Made by a program: the position numbers and the translations under genes. Below, one piece after another: positions 53,067 to 64,000 of a DNA stretch of 64,000 nt (its first letter is position 1; each line of letters begins with the position of its first letter). The DNA is from Octopus bimaculoides (Eukaryota): NCBI RefSeq assembly GCF_001194135.2, contig NC_068983.1:103335978-103399977 (forward strand), in the 5' to 3' direction. The notes below the pieces were generated by a model. It did not search any database and was not told where the DNA came from. It worked only from the letters and a program-made list of their open reading frames with translations.

Positions 53067-54854
53067 TAAAATAAATACCTTTTCTATGTTGTGATGTTAT
53101 TTCAACATACAGAAACTAAGAATATGCCAACTAGCAAAAAAAAAAGAAAAAAGTATTATAGATAACAGGATGTGTTGAGCAAACTTTTTTGCTATACTTT
53201 AAATATTGTAAACGTATGTTTGAGGTGGGGTGGAGATTGGGAGAGGGGGTAACATACCACACAGATAAGTATTTACACGAAATACTAAAATTAAATTTAC
53301 TAGGCTCACGTTAGCTGTAAATAAATATTTACAGAAATCACTCTATAATGCTATGTTTACAAATGGTCCTGTAGATTTAAGCCATGGTTATAATAAAAAC
53401 AGTCACAGAAAAAAAATCCTACTCTATGTGAAATACGTTTTCATTGTTTTCATTTTATTTTTGCTTTCAAAAATCCACTTTTAGCATAAACATGTTGTAT
53501 TACTTAATCACAAATTATAGTTATAATGTAAATTCCAAGACGTAACGAATTCTGTTCCATAGGTAATAATATTTGATTAACAACTTAATACTAATGTAAG
53601 GAAATAGCTCACTGCTTCAAAAAGATGACAGCCTTATCATGTTTATGTGAATGGAAGGACATTCCATGTCAAAATGTTGGCATAATACACATAGATACAA
53701 GCACTAAAATGCTTTCCAAGACATCTTTGTTTGTTATGTATAATCTTACATATGCATGATTGAGTGAACAGATCTTATACTCATCAAGAAGTCATTGATA
53801 GTACTGTAGAGAGCAATATTCCTGGCTTGAATTTGATTCAAATAATGTGATTTGATCTCTCTTACCAGTATTAACAGTCTGGTTACTACCACAAGAATGA
53901 GAACGTAAAGTAAGTATGCTGGAACATGAAACAAGCTTGCAAGTAAGGAGCTTGTTATGAAATACTAAATCCTTGACTGATAAACAAGTTGGATGAGATT
54001 ACTCTACAGAAATAACTTCAGTTTGCGTTTACTTATTATAATAGGAAACTAAATTTATTTGGATCGAAAATTTTAAAAAGTATGGAAATAGGATTTGTGG
54101 AAATATTCAAGCAACAAGTTGTTAAAATGAAAAATGTTTTTATAATCAATCATACAGAAAGAAGCATTTTCCATAAAAAAATTAAAAAAAGACTTCAGTG
54201 TGTCTGTTTATCTGTATCAGAAAAGTTGGTAATTGCAATAACTGATATCAACCATCAAAATCCAAATAAATAAAGTTAAATTGAAAGTCTCTCATAATTT
54301 CTCTTTAACTTGATCATAAGATGGAATGTTAAGACTCAGACAGCTGCTTTCAACCCAAATCATTCTCAAAACAATTACATATTGTCACATTTTAAATATA
54401 TTAAATCTACTACATTAACCATTAACATTAAAGGATTGATCTACATTAACCTTTTAAAGATAAGCAATTTTAAAATAAGGCATCCATATGTAACTGGTTT
54501 AAGAGCCAAGTATTGCATATAAATGTGCCTTTAATGCTGATAATGTTCAGTCCAAGTTTTATAATAACTTGGGTTACTGAGATTTCTCTCAGCTTTGTTT
54601 GTCAAAGGTTTTGTTAAATAACAAGATATATGTGTGCAATTATGTTCAAAGACATCACTTAAAATATATGCTATTTGTTTCTTGGAGAAAAAAGAAAAAC
54701 AACAAAACCCTGTAAACTGATGTACAGATGTTCTTTGACAACAACAATGCAATAAAAAAAAAATCCTTCATTTAGGTAAAGTTATGAAATATATTTTTAT
54801 TTCTGCTAAATAAAAGGACTGTACTTAATTATTTGTACCCTTGTAAATAAAGGT

Positions 54855-55040
54855 GCCCTAACTCTTTGAAACGTCAGTGTTTTAATGGTGGCAGCTGATG
54901 AAGGATATGTTCTCTATGTGGCCTGCTTGTTTTTTGTACCTTGTTTATCATTTTGTTCATGTTTTTTTGCAACGTCATGTACCCAGATATGTATCTATAT
55001 GTACATGTAGATGAAGGTATGTACATACATGTACATATAT
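54855..55040 (+). mobile_element. Copy of the 23.7 kb Penelope-like repeat
   Basis: Colinear similarity over ~170 bp (gttttaatggtggcagctgatg...ctatgtggcctgcttgt...cgtcatgtacccag). Confidence 0.6.
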
Positions 55041-55470
55041 ATGCATATACTCATATATTGTTTGTATCACACAAAAAAGTGAGCTCCTTTTATCTGTCTT
55101 TTCTGTTTATGATATGGCATAACTAAGCTCACATTCAATATTTCTGTCTATAAATAGGTATCACTAAAGAGCTCCATAAAAGGGAGACAAGCCTAATTTG
55201 ATCAAGCAAAAAGCCCACTTTTTGCTTCCACAGACAATTATATATCACTTGAAAGATATAGATGTGAACTTTCTTCTCTTATACTTTTGATTAAAATCCA
55301 ACACTTATTTATCATGTCAGGTTCCCTCAATCACACTCATATTTCCACCCATTCACAGTCTGTCCCATTTTTGTTTTCGACTGCTGAATGTTAGCTCTCA
55401 TTCTAGTTCAATACACTAGAGCACTATAACTTGATTTGTGTTGAGAATGATAGTCATCAAGAGGACTCTC

Positions 55471-55696
55471 TCTTTTACTCTTTTACTTGTTTCAGTCATT
55501 TGACTGTGGCCATGCTGGAGCACCACCTTTAGTCGAGCAAATCGACCCCAGGACTTATTCTTTGTAAGCCTTAGTACTTATTCTATCGGTCTCTTTTTGC
55601 CGAACTGCTAAGTTACGGGGACGTAAACACACGAGCATCTGTTGTCAAGCGATGATGGGGGGACAAACACAGACACACAAACATATACACACACAC

Positions 55697-55757
<61 letters not shown>

Positions 55758-55920
55758 CAAATATACGACGGGCTTCTTTCAGTTTCCGTCTACCAAATCC
55801 ACTCACAAGGCTTTGGTCGGCCCGAGGCTATAGTAGAAGACACTTGCCCAAGGTGCCACGCAGTGGGACTGAACCCGGAACCATGTGGTTGGTAAGCAAG
55901 CTACTTACCACACAGCCACT
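55471..55920 (-). mobile_element. Near full-length family-B SINE
   Basis: Complete reverse-complement copy with internal (CA)/(TA) microsatellite. Confidence 0.85.
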
Positions 55921-57725
55921 GGATATAAAAGTCAATGGGGATAAGTCAAATAATCATTATGAAATATAAAAGTGAAAACTTTATTGTAAACTTTTACTTA
56001 GAAAAGAACAAACTTTCTGCAAGATTTTTTATGCCATAAGAAAAATTTATCATGAATTTAATACAGCCATTGCTGAATCTGACAAGATGATGCAAAAGTG
56101 CAAAGTCAATAAAAAGGGGACTACCACAGCTGCTCATATAGGATTAACAATACTGATACTATTTGTCAAACTGATGTATTCCCACATAGCAAGTACTAAA
56201 ACAGAACACAAACCCAATGCTCCAAATATCGAATTTGAGCCAGAATTTCAAGAAATGGATGAATTAATTGCTATAAAAAAAATACACTAAATTGAGTTAC
56301 ATAAGTCTTATAAAGCTCAAAATTAGCATGGAATCAGCATATTTGGAATTTTGTTTATTCCCTCCCTCTGTTTTAATGTATAGAGAGTGAGGTCCAATTT
56401 TTACCTAGCCGATATTCTTGTACATGTAAATTTCATTTTTCTTTGAAGAATATTGGCCAAATGTCATCAATAAAAATCATATTATGCAATGAGTATTACT
56501 TTGTAGACTATCAAAGTCCGATGTGATGTTTTTTTTTTCTCCCCCCAATTTTAAATATAGTCAGATAAACTGTAGTAGTGTTTACATTTTCACAAGTAGT
56601 GCTGATTTGTTTTGGGGTCTTTTCTATCTCTCACTCCCACTAACGAGTTTGCTGCAAGTTACAGATGTTTTTAATGATAAAAACAAGAAATTAATTTTCA
56701 CATTTTGTTTTTTTTGAGAAAGGTAGCAGGTGGTTGTGAGATGTGCAAGAAATGACAGCTAAATCTCCCCTAAATCACACATCTTTTCATTTGAAAATAT
56801 TTTTTTTAATCCCCCACAAGTCTTCCATTGTTTTTAAAGGCTTAGTTAAAAAAAAAAGGCTAAAATCGGTCCAGAGGAGGGTGAAGGGGAAGGGGGGAAT
56901 CATAAATTTTCAAAAGTTTTTTTTCATAAAAAGCTTCCCACCATCATTTTCAAAGTTGTGATGTAAAAAACAATTNNNNNNNNNNNNNNNNNNNNNNNNN
57001 NNNNNNNNNNNNNNNNNNNNNNNNNNNNNNNNNNNNNNNNNNNNNNNNNNNNNNNNNNNNNNATTAGAAAAATCCTCATCAAAATGGAGAAAATCCAACT
57101 TATGTGAGCATCCTGATCCAAAACTCTACCATTAATAGCCACTTTTAAAAGTCCATTAAAATTTTATTGAAATGGTGTCTTGTTCCAAAATCTCGTGATT
57201 TATTTAGTTCTGTACCTACTACAAATGTGCCCCTTCTGGCTTGAACTTTGAGATTTAATAAGGTCTGAAAACCCTGTGAAATCAGCTGGTTGTTACATGC
57301 AAAAAAAATAGGTTTCACGTAAATATTTTTTAAAATTGCTGAAACAAAAATTTCGTTTTCAAGAACCAGCAACACAAAAAAAACAAACAAAAAAAACACA
57401 GGCAACTGCTATGGACACTATTAATTTGTGTATGATTATCACCTCAGTTTCAAAGATATGACATCACAAATATGGTTAATTATTCACTTAGACTTAATTG
57501 GGCAAGATTTCAACCAATTTGCTGACCATTCCAATTGTCATATTTCCTAAAATATTCATCCAAGTTTCACAAATGTTTCTTTGGATGCTCTCCAAGGAAA
57601 GGTAGAGTGGAAGTTAGATTTACATATTTTCAAAAATTCATAGTGATGCCTACTATAAAAGTTAGGAAACAATTTTGTTAAAGCAAGTCAAAGCACAATA
57701 ATAAAAATATAAAAGCAGGACTCAC

Positions 57726-58750
57726 ATTTTTATAGCAGTATCCATTCTACCTAAATTTTCATCTGGATAAACTGTCAATTTACTTCCATCTGCATCTCCA
57801 ATTCCAACATTATGTCCCTGTCTCGCCATCATGGAAGGTGATGACACCAACATTTTATTTGATAACGCCACCTCTTCTGGTGACATACGCGAGTCTTTTG
57901 GATAGGAGAACAATTCATTGGAGATAGAATCCACTATGCCATTTTGATTCAGTACCTGACTTTCTAAAGAGCGTGACAACATCTTATCATAGGCTCCAAC
58001 AAAGGCATCTTTATATATTAAATTGTCATTCTGGTTTGACCCCTTTCCTGACAAATCTTGATATTCATATTTAATCATCTGAGGATCAATAAGGCTAGAT
58101 GTGAGTGAATATTGCTTAGCATTCAGTAAAAGAGCTTTATTTGATTCTTCATCAAGGTCCATCATTTTCTGATTATGGTTATCTGATGGCAGAGAGTGTC
58201 TTCTGTCTACAAGCGTTTCATAATTAGGCCGGCTAGTCAATACTTGATGGCTGTCACTGTTAACTGAATGCACCTGATCGGAACCTGATTCATATGTAGC
58301 ACGAACAGGACCTAGGTACTGGTGGTGTTGAGCATTATCAGTAAGAGAGTGGTGGCTACGGTCCTGCACCCCATCATTGTAAGTAGAATGGTTATCTAAC
58401 AACTGATGTCCAGAGGGTTGGTGATGAGTATCTGGTGTCATTGATCGATGATTCCGATCTTGAAGGTTTCCATTAAAAGTGGGACGACTTTCCATAATGT
58501 GATGACCAATTAATGAAAGATGATTATCATGCACCCTCACAGTTCGACTACATTCTTGCAGCTCATAAGCAGGCCGGTTCATTGTGTAGATGTCATCTGT
58601 CATTGGGGGTATGGTGTTAGTATAAGCTAGATTCCCTTCACTAGTCACTACTTCACCATTCTCTTCAAGAGCTTCATTTTTACTAGTGTTTGTCTTTGTT
58701 AAAGGCCCATCTAAGGCTAAAGTATGCCCTTTGCTGGAAGGCCTTTCCAT
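57726..58750 (-). CDS. Large first coding exon (341 codons + 2 nt) of an unidentified gene; low-complexity H/S/D/N/Q-rich N-terminal region
   Basis: 1029-nt stop-free ORF in very AT-rich DNA. The ORF's TGA lies inside a consensus donor (AAAAT|GTGAGT, GT at 57725-57724), so the CDS continues after a phase-2 intron. An in-frame TAA lies 10 codons upstream of the ATG at 58750. No recognisable domain. Confidence 0.8.
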
Positions 58751-58882
58751 TCCAGCAGTAGGCGGCTTCAGTCTCTGGCCTTAAATTTTTTTTATCTCCT
58801 TTGGAAGACAGAAGTTATCAGGTCACCAGTTAAATGTCCTGTCTATAGCGGTTGTCGGCAACAATCAAAAATATCCAGTAAT
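58751..58882 (-). other. 5' UTR part of the same exon, with splice acceptor
   Basis: Minus-strand polypyrimidine tract and acceptor ttttgctatttctttttctcttttcag|ATTACTGG at 58883/58882. This implies a non-coding first exon further right, not located. Confidence 0.55.
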
Positions 58883-59004
58883 CTGAAAAGAGAAAAAGAA
58901 ATAGCAAAACTGAGAGAAACAGACAATAAATGTGCTTCAAAAAAGTAGTAGTAGTAATTTTTAACATCATCATAATGATGATAATAATAATAATAATAAT
59001 AATA

Positions 59005-59371
59005 ATTTCCAGGTCTTTGTATTTTGAAAGTGTTTCCCTAAAAGAAATGGAAAAACTTTCAAAATACAAAGACCTGGAAATAGAGGTAACTCGAATGTGG
59101 AATCTAAAAACAGAAACAATTCCTATCATAGTAGGTGCCTTAGGTATAATAAAAAAAATATTCAGACAAATACATAACAAAAACACCAGGACTTACAAAT
59201 ATAGATAACATACAGAAAATTTCACTACTGGGTACTGCACACATCCTATGCAAAACACTTTCAATACAGTAACCATAAGAGCATCACAGCAAACCACAGC
59301 ACATACCCAAGGCACACAGAGCTGCGCTCGGTAGTGAAGTGAAAGCACATTATAAAAATAAAACTACTGAG
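59005..59371 (+). mobile_element. R4/Dong-like LINE 3' end (REL endonuclease C-terminus), embedded in (TAA)n
   Basis: KEMEKLSKYKDLEIEVTRMWNLKTETIPIIVGALG; (TAA)n tracts on both sides. Confidence 0.75.
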
Positions 59372-59414
59372 TAATAATAATAATAATAATTATTATTATT
59401 ATTATTATTATAAT

Positions 59415-60331
59415 AGAGGATGCAGTAAGTAGCGAGAGCGTCACCATCCTATGGAACTTCCCAATACAAATAGACAGAAAAATCCACTCCAATCAATCAG
59501 ACATTGTAATCAAAGACTACAACAGAGGAACTTGTCTGTTAATAGATATGTCTGTCCCACAAGATCAAAATGTCTCAAGAAAGGAGTATGAAAAGCTTTC
59601 TCATTATGAAGATCTGCAAATTGAAATCACAAAAATGTTGAAACTTAGTACTTCGATAATACTAGTAGTAATTGGTGCATTAGGAATGATAAAGAAGGAA
59701 GCTGAGAAGTATATTAAGCATCTCCCTGGTAACTCCAATCTCCGTAAACTACAAAAGATAACCTTGATGTGTACAGCCCATATGCTACAGAAAGCACTCT
59801 CCATCTAAAATGGAATAAATGTGGTGATAATTTTAGCATGCATAGCAAAACAAAAGTGCTCTTGCTACCCCTGCTACTCCAGAGGATGCCCAGTACTTGT
59901 CGTTGGCACTCCGTCGCTTACGACATCGAGGGTTCTAGTTGATCCGATCAACGGAACAGCCTGCTTGTGAAATTAGCATGCAAGTGGCTGAGCACTCCAC
60001 AGACATGTGTACCCTTAACGCAGTTCTCGGGGATATTCAGCGTGACACAGTGTGACAAGGCTGACCCTTTGGATTACAGGCACAACAGAAACAGGAAGTA
60101 AGAGTGAGAGAAAGTTGTGGTGGAAGAGTACAGCAGGGTTCGTCACCATCCCCTGCCGGGGCCTTGTGGAGCTTTAGGTGTTTTTGCTCAATAAACACTC
60201 ACAACGCCCAGTCTGGGAATCGAAACCGCGATCCTATGACCGAGAGTCCGCTGCTCTAACCACTGGGCCAATGCGCCTCCACGCCCAGTACTAAGTCAGC
60301 GGAAATAAAGTCATAATGAAAGGAAACCATA

Positions 60332-60335
<4 letters not shown>
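59415..60335 (+). mobile_element. Second, older R4/Dong-like LINE 3' end interrupted by a SINE
   Basis: ILWNFPIQIDRKIHSNQSDIVIKD...CLLIDMSVPQD...KEYEKLSHYEDLQIE...VVIGALG (PD-(D/E)xK-type motifs), stop at 59808, ends in (TAA)n. Confidence 0.75.
59898..60282 (-). mobile_element. Young tRNA-derived SINE with 10-bp TSD
   Basis: Head gtggaggcgcattggcccagtggttagagc...gtttcgattccc (A and B boxes); TSD gcccagtact at 59888-59897 and 60283-60292; CpGs retained. Confidence 0.8.
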
Positions 60336-60380
<45 letters not shown>

Positions 60381-60654
60381 GTAATAATGATGATGATGAT
60401 TTCAAATTTTGGCACAGGGCCAGCAATTTTGGAGGAGGGGATAAGTCAATTACATCAACCCCAGTGCTCGACTGGTGCTTATTTTGTCAACCCTAAAAGG
60501 ATGATGGGCAAAGTTGACCTTGGCGGAATTTGAAATAAGAATGTAAAGACAGACAAAATGCCACTAAGCATTTTGTCCTGCATGCTAATGATTCTGCTAG
60601 CTCGCCACCATAATAATGATAGTAATTTTTAGCAGAGACTTAATTTTCGATTTG

Positions 60655-60710
<56 letters not shown>

Positions 60711-61124
60711 CAAATCGAAAATTAAAAATAACAAAACAACAATAGTCAGAAAGATGTATACATGGAATGTATTAGCTTGATGCTCAGTATAAGATGGAAA
60801 AAAAGAGAGGGTGTATAATGCTTTGAGCATCAGAAAGAGAAGAGAGGAAAGGTCCAGAGAAAGAAGAAAGTCTAAGAAAAGCACGTGCGTGGTTACATGG
60901 TTGAAGTGACCACACACACACACCTTTTACTTGTCTCAGTCATTAGACTATGGCCATGCTGGGGCACCACATTGAAGAAATTTTAGTTGAACGAATTGAC
61001 CTCAGAACTTTTGTCTTTAAGCTAGGTACTTATTCTATTGGTCTCTTTTGCCAAACTGCTGAGTTACAGGGGTGTAAACACACCAACACCAGTTGTCCAG
61101 CGGTGGTTGGGGACAAACAAACAA

Positions 61125-61190
<66 letters not shown>

Positions 61191-61654
61191 CAAGCTTCTT
61201 TCAGTTTCTGTCAACCAAATCCACTCACGAAGCTTTGGTTGATCTGAGGCTATAGTAGAAGATACTTGCCCAAGGTGCCAACTCTGCTTGCATAGTTTAC
61301 CTGGCAGGTAAAAGCAGGTTCATATCTTATTTGATAATGAGCGTTTTGTAGTAGGATGAGACTCCAGTTGTAAAACTTTGTTTTGCAACAAAAAACAAAA
61401 ATAATCATCCAATTCTGCTATCATAAGATTCATGGATATGAAAGAAACACATGTGTGCACTACCATAGAAATAGGGGCATGTACGTGCTCACATTTACAT
61501 GAGGCTGTCTTATTTTGATGTGTATGTGTGTGTGTGTGTGTGAACACACTATCCATCAACTTCCTCAAATAGTATTTAAAACAAATTAGGAAAGGTTTAT
61601 GGAAATACTGTTTTGAGTCTATTAAACTCTTTCTGTGCAACAAATAACAAATGG

Positions 61655-61830
61655 TTTTGATAATGACGACAATGACGATAATAATGATAATGATTATGGA
61701 GGTAATGATACTACATGCAGAAGTGATGATGGTGGTGGTGGTGGTGATGATGATGATGGTGGTGGTAGTGGTGGTAATGATGATGATGATAGTGGTGGTG
61801 GTGATAAGATGGACAAGGTGGTGATGACGA
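61655..61830. repeat. (GAT)/(GGT)/(AAT) trinucleotide low-complexity tract
   Basis: Directly visible; it explains the Asp/Gly-rich ORF 61635-61967. Confidence 0.85.
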
Positions 61831-62133
61831 TGGGCTTACAAAGCCACATTAAAATATATGCCTTAACCTTTTACTTATATCCCAAGCACAATTCAGAAAA
61901 CGTGTACAAACATCAACTTACACACACACACACTTATTCATTCATACATACACACAATGAAAGATAAAAGGAAAATATTAATAGAAAAAAAAATTTTTTA
62001 ATGTAAAACAAAACAAAAAAAAATAAATAAAAGAACTGGTATTTTGCAGTTGCTTTTAAGAAATAAACTTTCAAAAGGTTATCAGCAACATTATCTGAAC
62101 ATCATCAGAATGCTTGACATCCAAGCAAAACAC

Positions 62134-62172
<39 letters not shown>

Positions 62173-62341
62173 TACCATCACAACAACAACTGACGGAAAT
62201 CAGTTATCAATGAAATAAATCAATATCACATCACAAAACTTGACCCTTCTTCATATGGTAGTTTTTTGTTGTTCTTTTTTCCATTTTATCAAATCTGTTT
62301 ATGTCTGTTTATTTTTTATATTGATTTATTATTTTTACATT

Positions 62342-62381
<40 letters not shown>

Positions 62382-63111
62382 GTTGCTTGATATTGCCAAC
62401 CCCCACCTGCCCTGCTCTTCTCCAGTAAACAATATAAACAGCACTTCTGATTAAGGAGGTCTGTACTGCTGCACTTTGTATAATAAACTAACTAGATTTG
62501 CAATACAAAGAAACAAATACAGAACATGGGAGGAAAATAAGGAAGCAAAACAAGCAACAACAACAACAACAAAAGAAAACACAAAATAAGTAAATAAATT
62601 GTAATCCATCATACTAGTTGAAAGAAAGATAGTAATCTTCAATGATATAAGAGTATCATGATGAAGATGATGTATGCCTGAGACTCAAGAGAGATGTATT
62701 TTGAGCCCATCTAACCTAATGCTTGTATGGCAGGAATGGAAAGCTACTGCTGGTGATGATGATCTAGTGCCTTCATCAGTCAAAACTGACTATTCCTCTG
62801 CACATGTATGTACAAGCCTGGGCAAGATTTTTCAAGGAAGACTAGCAGCTGCCTATGTATATATGCAAGCCTCCCCACTCTCTCTCTCCATACCACTGAT
62901 GATTGACCGTGAGAAAAGCTGCCAATTTAGGCCAATGCAGTCTCGCACAAATGTTGTCACAGCCATTACTGTCAGCATCCGAAACATCTCAAACAGATAC
63001 CACAAAGCAGTTCTCCCCAACACTCAAACAGTTCCACCAGTCTATGACCCTAGATGATTGTCTCTAAGACAATGCAAACATACCCCCAGTGACACCAATG
63101 ATGTTTTAAAA

Positions 63112-63452
63112 CAGTAGTTCTCAACCATTTTTTTATCTAATGACCCCTTTGATTCCCATTTTACTCTAGTGAACCCCTATAACCATTTGATGTTTAAAAC
63201 TAGTTTTATTAAATACTTCTTTCAAAATTACTTTTTTTTGCTTTTCACACATTCACTTGTGTAAACTGACCCATGGAAAATGTTAGAGAAACAAACTAAG
63301 TTGTTTCTTGTAATAAACACATCTACAGCAAAATTTACTAACAGACCCTTAAAATACTACCATAGATCCCCAATTTATTATTTTGTTTGTATGGACCCCC
63401 AAAAATTATATATGGACCCTTAGGGGTCATATGGACTCAGGTTGAGAACCAG
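63112..63452. mobile_element. hAT-type MITE
   Basis: TIRs cagtagttctcaacc ... ggttgagaaccag; 8-bp TSD ttttaaaa at 63104-63111 and 63453-63460. Confidence 0.7.
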
Positions 63453-63940
63453 TTTTAAAAGAACTGGCACTCAATGATTGGAATATAATAATTTTTCTTG
63501 GATAACACAATTGATCAGGGGTTACATTTCTAAGAGGTTTTGAACTTGAAATTTTTGAGGTGCTGCAGTAAATCCAACCTCCAAGTCTAATTGGTATTTT
63601 TTTTATTTTTTTTCACTATAAGGTGCTGATGATCTGGGCTAATTGATCTCTGATCAAGGAAGCATTCTGTTCAACCACACTTGACCAGCTTGGACAGATA
63701 GGCCTGCAATCAGTAAAAGTAAGTAGGGGCAATGGTATGCTGAGCCTTCATCTAGTAATAGACTAACAATGGTTGGATGGAATGGACAAGAAAAATACTC
63801 AGGTCAAGCAATATATTGTGAATGGAATTTGGTAGACAGAAATGTGTGTGTGTGTGCTCATGTTTATGAGTTTGACACAACAAACTTAATAGTAAGATAC
63901 CTGTGTTGTAATGGTAACATAGACAAATGGTGATAGATAA

Positions 63941-63981
<41 letters not shown>

Positions 63982-64000
63982 AAGAAAGATATAATAACCC

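Noticed and set aside
56087-56300. Hydrophobic-looking frames suggesting a membrane-protein exon or NUMT
   Set aside because: Stops occur after the candidate acceptor in all phases, and no mitochondrial gene is recognisable.
3264-57142. Long ORFs containing X runs (e.g. 37042-37830, 40268-41041, 46282-47235)
   Set aside because: They are open only because they cross N gaps.
60200-60282. tRNA gene
   Set aside because: A and B boxes are present but there is no closed acceptor stem; it continues into a SINE body with a TSD.
61294-61310. ttacctggcagg match to the U1 snRNA 5' end
   Set aside because: Only 12 nt match, with no further U1 similarity.
34-62454. Many 60-200 aa ORFs rich in YI/HT/CV/ER/LS dipeptides
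   Set aside because: They are translations of microsatellites and SINE bodies.
63623-63718. Plus-strand 96-nt exon-like segment or C/D snoRNA
   Set aside because: Stops occur in all three frames, and the C/D-like boxes are too close together with no terminal stem.

Overview
AT-rich, microsatellite-dense, gapped draft eukaryotic DNA. The SINE, RTE and Penelope repertoire looks cephalopod (Octopus-like); this is my recognition, not a database result. Only one coding segment is well supported: a ~1.16 kb minus-strand exon (58882->57726) encoding 341 codons of a His/Ser/Asp/Asn-rich, internally repetitive protein N-terminus. I could not identify the protein or locate its downstream exons. A CpG-rich promoter-like zone with a candidate leftward first exon lies at ~1.7-2.3 kb. 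The rest is mostly mobile-element debris: at least four tRNA-derived or RTE-tail SINE-like families, mariner and Tc1/maT transposons, hAT-type MITEs, a decayed Helitron, RTE and R4/Dong-type LINE fragments, and Penelope-like terminal repeats. The most interesting signals are: (1) minimal type-I hammerhead ribozyme motifs in the Penelope-like repeats, one with an intact core; (2) the same fold-back (inverted-duplication) 5' junction in two unrelated LINE clades; (3) a tandem pair of AG|GT recursive-splice-like sites in the putative long intron; (4) a CpG-decay transition near 28.5-29 kb that probably marks a methylated gene body; (5) several long inverted repeats that could form dsRNA. I found no CRISPR array, rRNA or bona fide tRNA gene, and I cannot claim a wholly new biological system from sequence alone.
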